A stretch of DNA of 63,463 nucleotides, the filler included, from Octopus bimaculoides (taxonomy: Eukaryota): the NCBI RefSeq assembly GCF_001194135.2. It is 3 parts of 3 records of this genome, joined end to end, with 100 filler letters (N's around TTAATTAATTAA, not from the genome) between each part and the next. Parts side by side here need not be neighbours in the genome. Positions count along the whole stretch, not along the records: positions 30,224 to 61,421 come from NC_068996.1; 2 more parts are not named here. The stretch is one strand, 5' to 3'. The translations under genes were made by a program, and so were the position numbers. Below the pieces are notes generated by a model that searched no databases, was not told the DNA's origin, and saw only the letters and a program-made list of their open reading frames with translations. Shown piece after piece: positions 37,901 through 50,693 of this stretch. Numbering within the stretch: the stretch's first letter is position 1; each line of letters opens with the position of its first letter.

Positions 37901-38123
37901 TTGGATGTGGTTATCTAGAATAACCTTAAGCAAAATTAATATGATCATACAGAATGTACTCTGTACTATGCCAAACATAGGTACAATATATACACAGTAA
38001 TCCAATACGAATGATCAACACTGTCAACTGCCTGCTGTCAATTGTTGACAGTTCAGTTTCTTTATTTTACTGAAATGCGTCAGTCCACTTTTGGCTATGT
38101 AGGGGTGATCAGGATCTTCCACA
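34985..38123 (-). mobile_element. Ty3/Gypsy LTR retrotransposon: putative 5' LTR, gag, protease, RT, RNase H; integrase and 3' LTR absent
   Basis: Gag knuckle CFGCGELHYRFDC; RT DWVNPIVYVKK..VCADF, FGIKVTPAIFQ..CLDD; RNase H AEKNYSQIAREAL, TDY.PL, HADCLSRL; degenerate PBS TTAGCAATGAGGAT near 37825-37838; LTR-like region about 37839-38123. Confidence 0.9.
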
Positions 38124-38279
38124 ATACAAAATAAAGTTGGTTAGCAGTTCTAGATGAAAGCATTTATCACAGAACAAGCCATTTAATGAGTTTTATGGTG
38201 ACATTTAGCAGTTGGAATAAACAGACAAGTAAAAGAATGTCCACACTATGACCACACCCATCCCATTCCTAGCACATTC

Positions 38280-38830
38280 ACATCCAAACCACACACTCAC
38301 AGACATACATAAATACGCACACCAACATGGATGAGCTTCCATCTATTCACACATGCTTAATTACAATGCCAAGATAGCTGAACACATTATACATACAGAC
38401 ACACATACACTGGTATAGATATATACAAAGCATGTACAAGTTCACATACACACTCACATAATGTACACATATATATACATATGTATACATACATGCCGTA
38501 TTCATCAAACTTAAAAGAAATACATTTATTCACACAAGGGTTTGTTTTCAAACATATATATACACATACACTCAAAGATCAATATATAGACCTACACATA
38601 TATACACATGTATGCATACACACACATACTAAAACAAATGCATACTTATATATGTGCACACACATACACCTACATACATAGACATATTTATGATCACACA
38701 AATATATACACACACATATATATATATATGTACATGCACACGCAAACAACCATATACACATAACCACATACATGTTCACACACTTGCATGTACATACACA
38801 TACATGTATGCATAGTTACATATATACAAT
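38280..38830. repeat. CA/TA-rich compound microsatellite field
   Basis: Direct reading. Confidence 0.85.
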
Positions 38831-38957
38831 ATTCACTGAACAGAAAAGAGAACAAAAGAAGCTTAACAGAAAATAATATAGAACTCTATGTTTATAAACA
38901 CAAAAGTCCCACAACAACTACTTCACATTGTCCCCTCCCAAGTACACAATTTAAGGG

Positions 38958-39735
38958 CTGCAACCATCAATGATAGCACAATGAAGGGGAGATCTGGTGA
39001 GATTATTGAAATGGAGTGTTGCCATATCAATGTTTGTGGTGTGCAAGAAGTGAGATAGAAGGGGGATTCTGCTAGATTCCTCATAGGTAAGAAACAGAGG
39101 TTCAAATTTTTTGGGGTAGTGATGGAGTGGATAGTGTTGGCATACTCTTAGCAGAAAAAATGGGTAGATAAGGTAATTGAGGTAGTCAGAGTATGTGATA
39201 GGGTTATTAAGTTGAGACTTACTATAGATAAATTAACAGCTACATTTATTTATGACTATTCTCCACAGGCTAGGCTGGGTTGGCTGGTAACCAGAAGGAC
39301 CAATTCTATGAGGTCCTTCTGCAGACTAGCTCAACAACAAATGTCAGTTACTTAGTTACTAGGCTGGTGACTTTAATGGACATGTTGGGCAGCATTCCCA
39401 TGGATTCTATGGTGTGCATGGTGGTTATGACTTTGGCTCGTGGAATGAGGAGGGAACAAGGCTACTGGAGTTCTGTGACACAAATGATCTCATGATCTGC
39501 AACACTAACTTCAGAAAACCAGTCAACCACCTAATCACATATCAGTCTAGTGGGAACTACAGGTCAGCTACATCCTCGCCAGACAATGAAATAGGCAGAT
39601 GCTCACAAATGCAAAGTCTTTCCCAGGTGTAGAGTGTACACCCCAACATAGGCTACTAGTTATTGACTTCAGAATCAGGGCTAGAAAGACTTGGAAAAAC
39701 AAACCATACTGAAAAGGAAGATTATGGAAGCTTCT
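38958..39735 (+). mobile_element. RTE-clade LINE AP-endonuclease remnant
   Basis: TMKGRSGEI..CGVQEVR*KG..VGILLAEKWVDKVIEVVRVCDRVIKLRL..GDFNGHVG..GTRLLEFCD..HLITY..TPQHRLLVIDF. Confidence 0.88.
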
Positions 39736-39869
39736 GATGACAGAGAGGAGGAGAATGAGGAAGGGAAATATAGCTTAGAGGACATTAAACGATGATGATG
39801 ATGATATATGTGGCCATCCATACATACATACAAGCATGTTCATTATGGCTTTTCCTCCTCCCTCTCCCA

Positions 39870-40105
39870 GCCGAGAGAGGTCTTTGTCTTGTAAGTGCCA
39901 GTGCCACGTAAAATGACCTTGTGTTGGTGCCATATAAATGTACCCCTGCCAATGGCACATAAAGAGCACCCAACACACTCTGTAAAGTGGCTGGCATTAG
40001 AAAGGTATCCAGCCATAGAAACCATGCCACAGTAGACAACTGGAGTCAACTATCCAACTCATGCCAACATGGAAAACAAACATTAAACAATGATGATGAT
40101 GATTA
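39870..40105 (+). mobile_element. SINE-like family C body and 3' tail ending in (GAT)n
   Basis: GGCAC.TAAA.AGCACCC..ACACTCT..AAGTGG.TGGC.TTAG.AAGG..ATCCAGC..TAGAAAC..CATGCCA.CATGGAAA..CATTAAAC(GAT)n; reverse-strand relatives near 44335-44540 and 53860-53970. Confidence 0.65.
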
Positions 40106-40110
40106 TGATG

Positions 40111-40137
<27 letters not shown>

Positions 40138-40141
<4 letters not shown>

Positions 40142-40212
40142 TCTTGTTTCAGTCATTTTAACTGTGGCCATGCTGGAGCACCACCTTAATGTGGTCATGC
40201 TGGAGCATCGCA
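40138..40212 (-). mobile_element. SINE family A 3' tail with local duplication
   Basis: Reverse strand AAGGTGGTGCTCCAGCATGGCCACAGTTAAAATGACTGAAACAAG; ATGCTGGAGCA is repeated. Confidence 0.8.
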
Positions 40213-40649
40213 TATATGTATACACACCATATGTATATATACACACACACACACACATAAACATACACACACATATGCATACATACACATACATATATCA
40301 TTACACACCTGAACATGCATATATGAATTTACACAGAAAAATACGTACTCACTAAGAGAATATGAATACTTTAACACAAAATGATGCAGGCAATAGTGGG
40401 TAATTGAAGCAGAGTTATTGGGGTTAGATGGCATAAGAGTATTACAAAGAGGGGAAAAATACAACGGTTTAGAAAATAATACAAAATATAGTAATATAGA
40501 ATGTAATAGTATGTATTTATAAAAAGATAACACAAAATTATGTAAACAGAGGTATCTAGATTGAGTGTAGTTCTGAGTGTCAGATAATGAAGAAAGAATA
40601 TTACTAATAGCTAGTGATAGATATGTGTTCAATACCAGTTATAAAATAT

Positions 40650-40691
<42 letters not shown>

Positions 40692-41289
40692 TACACCTTA
40701 AAATATAAAAAGTAAAAAGTGAAATTTTAAATAAAAGATACAGTAAAATAAGATAACATAAAAATTATAGATACAAAATATAAAAATATAGAATAAAAAA
40801 TAAGATAAACATTAAAGTAACAAATATCGCAAAAATATGAGACCATAATTAAAAAGAAAAGTAAAAGATAATTAAGAAATTCCAAATTAAAAGAAAATCA
40901 TAACCAATAGTCTGGGATGTAGTCTTGGTCAAAATCTACAAATGAGATGAAGTATTCAATTAAAAAATAATGAGACTATAGATAAAGTAAAAATATAATC
41001 TAAAATATCTTTAATAAATCCTTAATCTAAAGAAAATATATAAAAAATATGGGAGTAAAGTATAAGAAATAAGGAAAAGATATAATATAAAAGATATTTC
41101 AGAAATCCTAATCTGAAGAAAAAGCAGCTTATGGTCAGATATGTAATCCTTAATCAAAAGAAAAGCACAGCTTGTAGTCTAAGGTGTAAATGTATTTGAT
41201 GGCATAAGGATATCAAAAATAGAGAAAAAAATATAACAATCTACAAGTGTCAATTGAAAAGTTCATAGACTGACCAAGATACTTCAACA

Positions 41290-41760
41290 TAGTCCCTCTT
41301 GCAGTCCACACACTTCTTCAAGGCCAAAACAGAAGAATTTAAGACTAGCTGCCTGTGTGGGAACTACTATATGCTGATGATATTGCTCTCAGCAGAATCT
41401 GTAACAAAACTGGAAAAGAAATTCCAGGTATGGAAGTTAAGCCTTGTATCAAAGGATCTTAAATTTAACTTAGTGAAGACTAAGGTTCTAGTAAACAAGA
41501 AAACAGACAGGCCCTGCTTGATATGTAGGAAAGGTGTAGGCAGGAATTCCATATAATGTACCCTGTGGACACATAAGAGGTGCAGTAGAATCACAGGAGG
41601 GTTAACAGAGAAAGTAGTGTTTGTGTATGTGCGTGGAAGATGCGCAGGAACCATAAAGACTACAGATACATGGGAAATTGATTTTCTCAAATGCCTCAGA
41701 TGCTCTCTAGAGGTAGATAATTTCAATTATCAAGGTGATCTAATTATCAGATGTTTCGTA
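41290..41760 (+). mobile_element. RTE-clade LINE RT remnant with Cys-rich insert
   Basis: ELLYADDIAL.AES..LEKKFQVWK..FNLVKTKVL..PCLICRKGVGRNSI..WTHKRCS..F.Y.GDLI. Confidence 0.85.
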
Positions 41761-42229
41761 AGAATGAAGACTATTAAAATGTTTTCTCAATATTTATGCC
41801 TCAATTGTCAATTCACATCACATGGTTGTTTTTGCTAACATAGCTGTATAAATTATTTTATTTTAAGGTCTATAGATCTTACAATAAAATAACTGATATT
41901 GCTATGATGTCAAAAAGATCAGTCTGCTGGTGCACTTTGTTGGCATTCTGCAAGACAATATATTCAGTGACAACTTGGCATTGGATACTAGAATTAGTAG
42001 AGTATACAAGATGTTGGCATCAATCAGTCAATTAGTAATCTTGAATGCTGAAAGGTAACTTGTTTGATATTGTTGGATTACAAATGAGTTTATGACAAAC
42101 ATGTAAACAGGCAGCAGGAATTGTATACAATTATTGTGTGTGAGCAAGCTAGGCCTAGGGTAATATATCCAAGTTATCAGCAAGCAAAGACTTGAAGTTC
42201 ACCATCAGGGAATATCTCTAGTGGGAACA

Positions 42230-42570
42230 ATAAAATAGGTTGTTTTCTTCTATTAATGATACTGCGGGCTAATGGAACATGTGCAGTTTCTCACACAAGT
42301 TCCAGATGAATAAGAAGGAACTCTTGAAGTCATTTTGATGATTCCAGTATCTCTAGATAAAGAAGAAGAGAAGTTTTCATGTTTCTATATCTGATGAAAT
42401 GCATATGCCCTATCTATCTTTTCATAAAATCATTGATAGTCATGTTTGTACAATATCTTGTAATACTATTAAATGGTGTTATGATGGTTCCATAGACTAC
42501 AGCCTTTAGAAGCAGAGTCCTTGAATAGGCATTTGGTAGAACTTCAGTTACAGATTGGAAATAATGTGCA
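42230..42570 (-). mobile_element. Possible degraded Penelope-like GIY-YIG endonuclease
   Basis: Frameshifted KCLFKD..KAVVYG..MTINDFMKR*IGHMHFIRYR..RVPSYSSGT..CTC, resembling PLE C-termini. Confidence 0.4.
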
Positions 42571-42699
42571 TACATGTTTGTGTCTGCTGTGACATACAAT
42601 GTTATAAGTGATATTATTTAGGCATAGTTGCTAACTTTGTTGTCATGGGAATTGTTCTTGGGAAATGAGAAGCCATGAATCTATACCCAAAGAAATCGT

Positions 42700-43977
42700 C
42701 TCAGCTGCTGATAGTAGTGCATCATCTGTTGTGCCTGTGGAAGTTCATACGGGAGTGGCAGTCACGCATACAGTGACTGCATTTGAAGGAGCACTCTGCT
42801 GATGCTACTGGTTTTTCCTTCCATCGAGTGCGCTTTTCTTTGGTGGCAAGTTCCTGTTTTTCTTCTGCTCTCTTCATCCCCTTCCGTAGTATTTGTCTCC
42901 AGTGTGGGCGATCATTTGCAACCTCCTCCCATTTCATGACATCCAGATCAAGTGACCTTATAACCCTCTTACATACGTCCTTGGGCCATTTCCTCATACA
43001 AGAGGTATTTTGGGATTCTTCCATCTGACATGCGAAGCATGTGACCAAGCCAACAAAAATGACACTGCTGAAGCAAGGTGAGTATGCTGGGTATCTTGGC
43101 TCGGTTGAGGACAACGGTGTTGGTGATGTAGTCAGTCCACTTGATATCCAAGATGCATCTCAAATCATGAAGGTGAATGACGTTGAGATGTCGCTCCTGT
43201 TTGGAGTAGTGGCTCCACTTCTCACTGCTGTAAAGTAGCATACTAAGGACACACACCTTTTAGACAGCAATCTTGGTGCTTGCAGCCAGTTTTTTGTTTT
43301 CCCAGACTCTCATTACAAGCCTGGTAAATGTGGAGGATGCTTGTCTGATTCACCTGTTGATCTCAGAGTCCAGGGAGAGGTCATCAGCAATGGTAGAGCT
43401 GAGATAAGTGAATTGATTGACTACCTCCAGCTTGTAGTTGTTGATGGTGATGATGGAAGGGGGGTGCTTGACACTTTGGCCCATTACTTGGGTCTTCTTC
43501 AGACTGATAGTCAGATTGAATTCCTGACAGGTCTTCAAAAGTTTCTTCACAAGGTACTGCATTTGCTCTTCCGAGTGCACTATCAGTGCTGCATCGTCTG
43601 CAAACAGCATTTCTCTGACGAGTACCAGGTACACCCTGGATTTTGCTTTCTGCCTCAACAGACTAAACAGTTTGCTGCCTGATCTGGTGTGGAGGTAAAC
43701 ATCATCAGTTGATGTCCCATATGCATGTTTTAGCATGATTGCAAAGAAGATACCAAACAGGGTGGGGGCAAGTACACAGAACTGCTTCATGCCACTACAT
43801 ATGTTGAATGCCTCCAAAAAAGGGCTATCAAATTGAACAATACCATTCATGCCTGCATGAAATGATTGGATAATCCCGAGGAGTCTGGGAGGACATCCAA
43901 TCTTGGCAAGGACTTTGAACAGGCTGTCTCTACTGACAAGGTCAAAAGCTTTTGTGAGGTCAATGAAGGTGATAAAG
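42700..43977 (-). mobile_element. RTE-clade LINE, RT to C-terminus
   Basis: FITLIDLTKAFDLVSR..GMKQFCVLAPTLFGIFF..REMLFADDAAL..LEVVNQFTYLSSTI..LLYSSEKW..CWLGHMLRMSDGRIPK.LLY.E..FKCSHCMRDCHSR. Confidence 0.92.
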
Positions 43978-44790
43978 GCAGCTCCTAACTATATTAGGGG
44001 AAACCTCTAGACTGAATGGTAGATTAAATTTAATTATTTTTCTATTTCTTACTCTCTTCAGGTTCAAGGGTGAAGTGAGAGATACTTCATATACACTAAC
44101 TTATTGGTAAAGTCACTCCTCACAAGAGCCTCATTATAGTGTGATGCAGCCCTGCCAAAGATCTCTCTGCTGATTGATTTGAGATTCTTCTACAGATTCC
44201 TATATGTGAATCTCTACTGGAAAAGACATTTATAATACTATTATGAGTAGGGATAAATATAAATGTACAAATAACAACACACCTATGTATCCAGCCTTAA
44301 AATAAAATGGCATAGCCAATATAACATTAGTGAAAATTATCATCACCATCATCTTGATGCTAATATCTGATACAGGCATAGCTTGGGTGGTTTGGAAAAA
44401 ATTAAACAGGACTGGGTATTGGATTGTACTTCAATATCTGCTTTAGCTTAGTTTCTATAGCTAGATGCCCTTCCTAATGCTAATCAATTTACAAAGTGTA
44501 TATGGTGTGTTTTTTCATGCAGCAGAGCTAGTGATTTGATCATACAATCTACAAGACTAAAATCCTCTTCATCTCAGAGGGGCTAAAACATCATTCTTGC
44601 TATTAAGGAGCTTCACAGCTACTCATATAATAGAAAAGAAGGCTGGAGGTGTGATAAATATACATTGGCGGGAAAGTAGGAAAAAGTAGATAACAACTTT
44701 GAGTAAAGATGTATATACATGTAACTATAACGAAAAGCATACTGCTAATAAACTTTTTAGCATTAAATTACACACCTAATTTCAGAATAG

Positions 44791-44891
44791 GTAATGACTG
44801 TCCCCTTAATGGGAAATGCCTTAATGAGTAATGACTGACCCCTTAATGGGAAATGCCTTAATGAGTAATGACTGTCCCCTTAATGGGAAAT
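44791..44891. repeat. 37-bp tandem repeat, about 2.7 copies
   Basis: GTAATGACTG(T/A)CCCCTTAATGGGAAATGCCTTAATGA at 44791, 44828 and 44865. Confidence 0.95.
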
Positions 44892-47614
44892 ATAGTATAC
44901 AAATGTCATATTTATACACGTAACAGTACTAAATAGATTCTTCTTCTAGTTTTTAAAAACATAGATTCTTGACACATAAACATTCATTGATTGATTATAA
45001 ATCAATGTCTTCAACAATACTGGCTGAGTATATTTGGAGTTTGGTTTTAAACTTGAATGAAATATCATAGGTACTGTACTAAAAATATAGAGGTGAGTGA
45101 CACTAATACACATATGAATCTAAACAAATATTACTGGAAGATGATACATCTCATATAAAAAAGTAATAATAGTGTGAAGTGGAAATATGGTTATACTAAT
45201 TCAGTAATGCAACATTAAAGATTATATTAGGCATCATTAATTCTCTTCTAACTCCTCTCCAATATTTTTCTTCATTCTACTTGGTTCTTAAATTACTTTT
45301 TTATCTAATACCTTTAACATATATCATATCCCCTAGTTGCTGCTTATATAATTTTGTAACTTAATAAATTATTGCAATTCAAATAATATCCCTGCATAAC
45401 GTATAAAAGTTTTCAGTCAACTTTGAACTATTATTTTGTTATGCAAGTCTATATTTGGAAAAGAAATAATTGTTTATGCTATCTTACTATGTGTTTGTAT
45501 AACAGGATATAAGTACATGTGTATGTATACCTGTATCACAGTCATGAACAACATTTCATGTCCACACACACACACAATCTTACTAAAGTATATACCAACA
45601 AGAACGTAAAAATACACATGCAGCTTCACAAATAAATTCAGGCGGTGTACACAAATATTTTTACACACAGAAACACACACACACTATGTAACACAAACAC
45701 ACACACAATCAATAAACCCACCTACCTACACATATGCTTAAATAACATGGACAATCAAGTTAACTCTCTCTCTCTCTCTTTCACATGCACAAATGATTGT
45801 AATGACATTCAACATTGCATCACTGTGGTTAAAATTTGATACTTCCTTTAATAGTTTTCTTCTCATTTCTCTTTCCTTTATGATTATATTTATGGCTGCT
45901 TTGCCTCTTTACCCATAACACCCTCAAAGTTATGCACGCACATATATACACATTGCAACCATGGTATGCAAAATTAACCATTTTCAAAAAATTCTACACC
46001 ACACTAATATTAATCTTGTACACACACACATACACACACACACACACACACACAAAATATATGTGATGCATAAAAATACACAACCACCCAGTGCATTCTG
46101 TGTTGAAGTGTTTGATCCATAAGGCTCACTAATAATAAAATATACACTCTACATGATTGTGTATTGACCTGTATTTGAACTATGGTCATTTCTAATTTAT
46201 GCCCTACATATTCCAGATATACGTGTGTGTATATGTGTGCGTGTGCACATATGTATGTATACACACACACACAGAAATACAGCTAAATATTAAAGCATAT
46301 ATATATATATATATANNNNNNNNNNNNNNNNNNNNNNNNNNNNNNNNNNNNNNNNNNNNNNNNNNNNNNNNNNNNNNNNNNNNNNNNNNNNNNNNNNNNN
46401 NNNNNNNNNNNNNNNNNNNNNNNNNNNNNNNNNNNNNNNNNNNNNNNNNNNNNNNNNNNNNNNNNNNNNNNNNNNNNNNNNNNNNNNNNNNNNNNNNNNN
46501 NNNNNNNNNNNNNNNNNNNNNNNNNNNNNNNNNNNNNNNNNNNNNNNNNNNNNNNNNNNNNNNNNNNNNNNNNNNNNNNNNNNNNNNNNNNNNNNNNNNN
46601 NNNNNNNNNNNNNNNNNNNNNNNNNNNNNNNNNNNNNNNNNNNNNNNNNNNNNNNNNNNNNNNNNNNNNNNNNNNNNNNNNNNNNNNNNNNNNNNNNNNN
46701 NNNNNNNNNNNNNNNNNNNNNNNNNNNNNNNNNNNNNNNNNNNNNNNNNNNNNNNNNNNNNNNNNNNNNNNNNNNNNNNNNNNNNNNNNNNNNNNNNNNN
46801 NNNNNNNNNNNNNNNNNNNNNNNNNNNNNNNNNNNNNNNNNNNNNNNNNNNNNNNNNNNNNNNNNNNNNNNNNNNNNNNNNNNNNNNNNNNNNNNNNNNN
46901 NNNNNNNNNNNNNNNNNNNNNNNNNNNNNNNNNNNNNNNNNNNNNNNNNNNNNNNNNNNNNNNNNNNNNNNNNNNNNNNNNNNNNNNNNNNNNNNNNNNN
47001 NNNNNNNNNNNNNNNNNNNNNNNNNNNNNNNNNNNNNNNNNNNNNNNNNNNNNNNNNNNNNNNNNNNNNNNNNNNNNNATATATATATAAATATAAATGT
47101 ATGCATTCATAAACACATGCACACATGTATACACAATTTATGAGTAATAAGATGCCAAATATCATGAGATAATACAATGAGTGCTGAATTAGTGCCTAAA
47201 CTCCGGTTTTAAGTGCATGGATATGAGATCAGTCTAAATGAATATTGGCTATAAGCAATGTACTGGTTGAGTTTGGTATAGGCATAATGGAACATGAACA
47301 GGCACAGCTTGTTCATGCTTTTGTTCCATTATACATATATGTGTATGAGTGTTATGTGTGTGCACACACACATATATACACACACACACATATATATATA
47401 TATAAATATATACATAAATACGCACAATTAAATTGCAATAGTATAGTTTGGATGCAGTCTTGTCTGATATATGTTTTTAATTTTCTTTATAAAGCTAAAA
47501 CATTGCAAAATATAAGAAGTAATACTAGTTAATAGTTTGTACTCTTTACCTTGTATTTTGATATTTTGGGATTAAGTCCTCTTCAGGAAATCTTCAGATA
47601 AATGGTATTGTTCA

Positions 47615-47649
<35 letters not shown>

Positions 47650-47652
<3 letters not shown>

Positions 47653-47781
47653 TCTGGCATTTCTGTATGTGTTTTTGACTGAAACATTAGCTTAGAGATG
47701 TTTAAAAAAAACTTGTCTGACAGTACTTTCAATGTAGAATTCATTACATTTGCTACATGTGATCTTATACACCACATAGTA

Positions 47782-47790
<9 letters not shown>
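47650..47790 (-). mobile_element. Penelope-like GIY-YIG fragment (copy 1)
   Basis: Minus frame YVVYKITCSKCNEFYIESTVRQV. Confidence 0.7.
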
Positions 47791-47813
<23 letters not shown>

Positions 47814-48283
47814 NNNNNNNNNNNNNNNNNNNNNNNNNNNNNNNNNNNNNNNNNNNNNNNNNNNNNNNNNNNNNNNNNNNNNNNNNNNNNNNNNNNNNNN
47901 NNNNNNNNNNNNATTCATCATTAGTTAGTCAATGCTTTGCTGCATTTACTGTGTAACTTGTGTGAATTGTATTTCTAATATAGGCCATCCTAACTCTGCT
48001 GGAGAGGAAACAAAAAAGATCAACAATTCCAAAATTCCTGATGGAAAACGGCAATCCAAACTCTTTCACAAAATGCCAGGGTATCACCTGACAAAACCTA
48101 TACATCTAAAGATAGCATCTTTTTTTTTTTTTTTGAAACCTGCCACGTTTTATATATAAAAAAGCAACAGCTGTAATCCAACATTATTCCTTAGGGTGGG
48201 ATTGAATATATGACTGGCATACTCTGGATCCTTTCTGAAGAGGGTCCTAACTAAAAATGAGCCAAAACAAAACAATGCCATAT

Positions 48284-48480
48284 GTGCCTTTAGACAAGTA
48301 GATATTGGTTAAAGAACATCTCTATGCTAATACTTCTTCCATCAAAAAGCACTTATGGAAATGACACATACAAGCACAGAGGAATCCACTGAAACTACAT
48401 AACAAAACATTGGGAACCTGAAAATAAAAGAAGCCATCTTAATTAGTCAAACCAACCTACATATTAGCAATAGAGCAGAA
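48284..48480 (+). mobile_element. Penelope-like GIY-YIG C-terminal fragment (copy 2)
   Basis: VKEHLYANTSSIKKHLWK..NLKIKEAILISQ; 48284-48421 is the reverse complement of 48917-49053. Confidence 0.65.
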
Positions 48481-48693
48481 CTGTATGTTGCTGCAACACT
48501 ACTACAGCAACACTATAATGTGCATGCAAAGAAATCCTTCACACATACTAAAGAACACTATTTCTCTGAAGATTTCCTAAAGAGGTTCTAACCTCAAAAT
48601 ATTGAAATACAAGATAAAAGTACAAACCATCAACTTGTATTCTTTCTTATAATGTGCATTGCTTTGGCTTTATATAAAAAAAAATTATATATA

Positions 48694-49784
48694 TTGGGTT
48701 GTGGAATAATTCATGAGTGTATTTTTTTTTTCAAATTTAAAAAATGCACAGACAAAATGTTTTATGTTATTTAAAAGAGAATTTTTTGCTTTACAAGATA
48801 GTGTGTTTTGATTTTTTAAATTTTATTGATTTTTGTGTATTTTCAGATCATTAAAATGGAATGTCAAGTGGACAAAACTGAGCATTTTTGAGACCATTTG
48901 CTTTTTGCATTTAATCTCAAGTTCCCAGTGTCTTGTTATATAGTTTCAGTGGATTCCTCTGTGTTTGTGTGTGTCGTTTCCATAAGTGCTTTTTGATGGA
49001 AGAAGCATTAGCATAGAGATGTTCTTTAACCAGTATCTACTTGTCTGATGGCAATTCCAATTTAGAATTCATTACATTTGCTATATGTGATTTTTATGCA
49101 CCACACAGAACTACTGGCATATATTTTCATCATTGATTAGGCAGTTGAACAAAGTACATCGTGGGATTTGTGCTGTGCATGGAGAAAGAGCAATACCTCA
49201 AAGTACCGCCCACCATTGGTTTACGCACTTCAAAATAGGAATTTTTACCTCAAGGTCAGATCACACACAAGTTGACCAACTGAGTTTGATGAAGAGCAAT
49301 TGAATCAACTTCTTCATGAAAATCCATGTCAAATGACCAGAGAATTGGCGGAACAGATGGACTGGTGAACTACCTTCACTCAATGGTCTAGGTTCAGAAA
49401 CTCAGTGCTTGGGTGCAACATGACAAGGTCCATCCTCACATCACCAATATGACCAAAGCTGCAATTCAAGAACTCAAATGGGAAGTGCTGCCTCATCCTC
49501 CATACTTTCCATACTTGGCACCATCAGATTTCCAACTCTTTTGACTGCTTTCAAATGCTTTGCACGCAGTATGTCATTCAATAATGATGTGGAATTGAAG
49601 GCTTGGAGGGATGAATTCTTTAAGTCAAGACCGGGAGATTTCTATTGCTGAGACATCAAAAAACTTATTGAACAATGGGAAGAAGTCACAAACAACAATG
49701 CAGAGTGTGTTACAAATTGATTTGTTGTAGTTTTTTGTTTGAAATATATTTGAAAAAACGCTCATGAATCATTCCTCAACCCAA
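48694..49784 (+). mobile_element. Mariner transposon with both TIRs and TA target duplication, internally deleted and interrupted
   Basis: TIRs TTGGGTTG(T/A)GGAAT(A/G)ATTCATGAG flanked by TA; MECQVDKTEHF..LLFAFN, GAWVQH (WVPH-like), EVLPHPPYFPYLAPSDF. Confidence 0.93.
48917..49145 (-). mobile_element. Penelope-like GIY-YIG fragment (copy 3) nested inside the mariner
   Basis: CLINDENIC..VVHK-ITYSKCNEF*IG..RQVD..VKEHLYANASSIKKHLWK; interrupts the transposase after LLFAFN. Confidence 0.75.
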
Positions 49785-50104
49785 TATATACCATTTTGGT
49801 TGAGTCAGTCTCTTGCAACTCTGAGCTTCATTGTGAGTACACAAGGTGAAACTCAAAGTGGCAAGAGACTGACTTGACCAAAATAAAACATTATTTATCT
49901 CTACTATGATATTGAATACTCTTTTTCCTGACAGTTAAGACTAAAGGGATACATATTTTGAAACCATAGACATGATCTTCTGAGCCAGATAAATCCAAGA
50001 GAAGTGTTGTGAACAACAAAAACCCCTTCCCCTTGTCTTCTATGATCAAGGAAAGTGTTTTGACAGTGCACTAAGACCAGTCATGCAGGTAAGAAAAGAC
50101 ATAC

Positions 50105-50570
50105 TAATCTGGGTATAGCATGGATCAATTATAATTTTAGAAGGTCTTGAGTTGGTACAGATATCTGACAACATTTTCAATTTTATTAAGAGATCAATAG
50201 AAAACTGGAGTTTATAGTTAACACCGTGAAGAAAATTTTTTCACAAGGTTGTCTTCAGGAGAGGCATATTTCAGGGAAGTGATATGTTGCCATTGCTGTT
50301 TGTGATTTGTATGATATACACTTCACACAGATATTACAGAAAGTGACATCAGGATACACCTTGAAAAATGAAGTAAAGTTAAATCAACTTTAAATCACCT
50401 ATTATATATGAATGACTTAAAGATCTTCGGTAAAAATAAATGGTCTGGTTTCAACAGTGCAGATAGTCAGTAAAGATATCAGGATCAAATTTAGGATTAA
50501 AAGTGTGGTATGCTCATCATAAAAAATAAAATGTAAAGTAGTATCATCTGATGGTGTAGAACCTCATGGA
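50105..50570 (+). mobile_element. R4/Dong-clade non-LTR RT remnant
   Basis: LELVQISDNIFNFIKRS..RRGIFQGSDMLPLLFVICM..ILQKVTSGYTLKN..LNHLLYMNDLKIF..NGLVSTVQIVSKDI. Confidence 0.8.
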
Positions 50571-50693
50571 TGTTTTACCTTACTGAGTTCACAGTAAGGT
50601 AAAACAACCATTAGGTGTCATTTGTTGATAGTATATTGCAGGTATGTGTACACATACACACATACAAATACCAAATCAAAACCTTGAGATCTA

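Noticed and set aside
47985-48085. Exon-like segment after TTTCTAATATAG
   Set aside because: Weak donor, embedded among Penelope fragments, no recognisable product.
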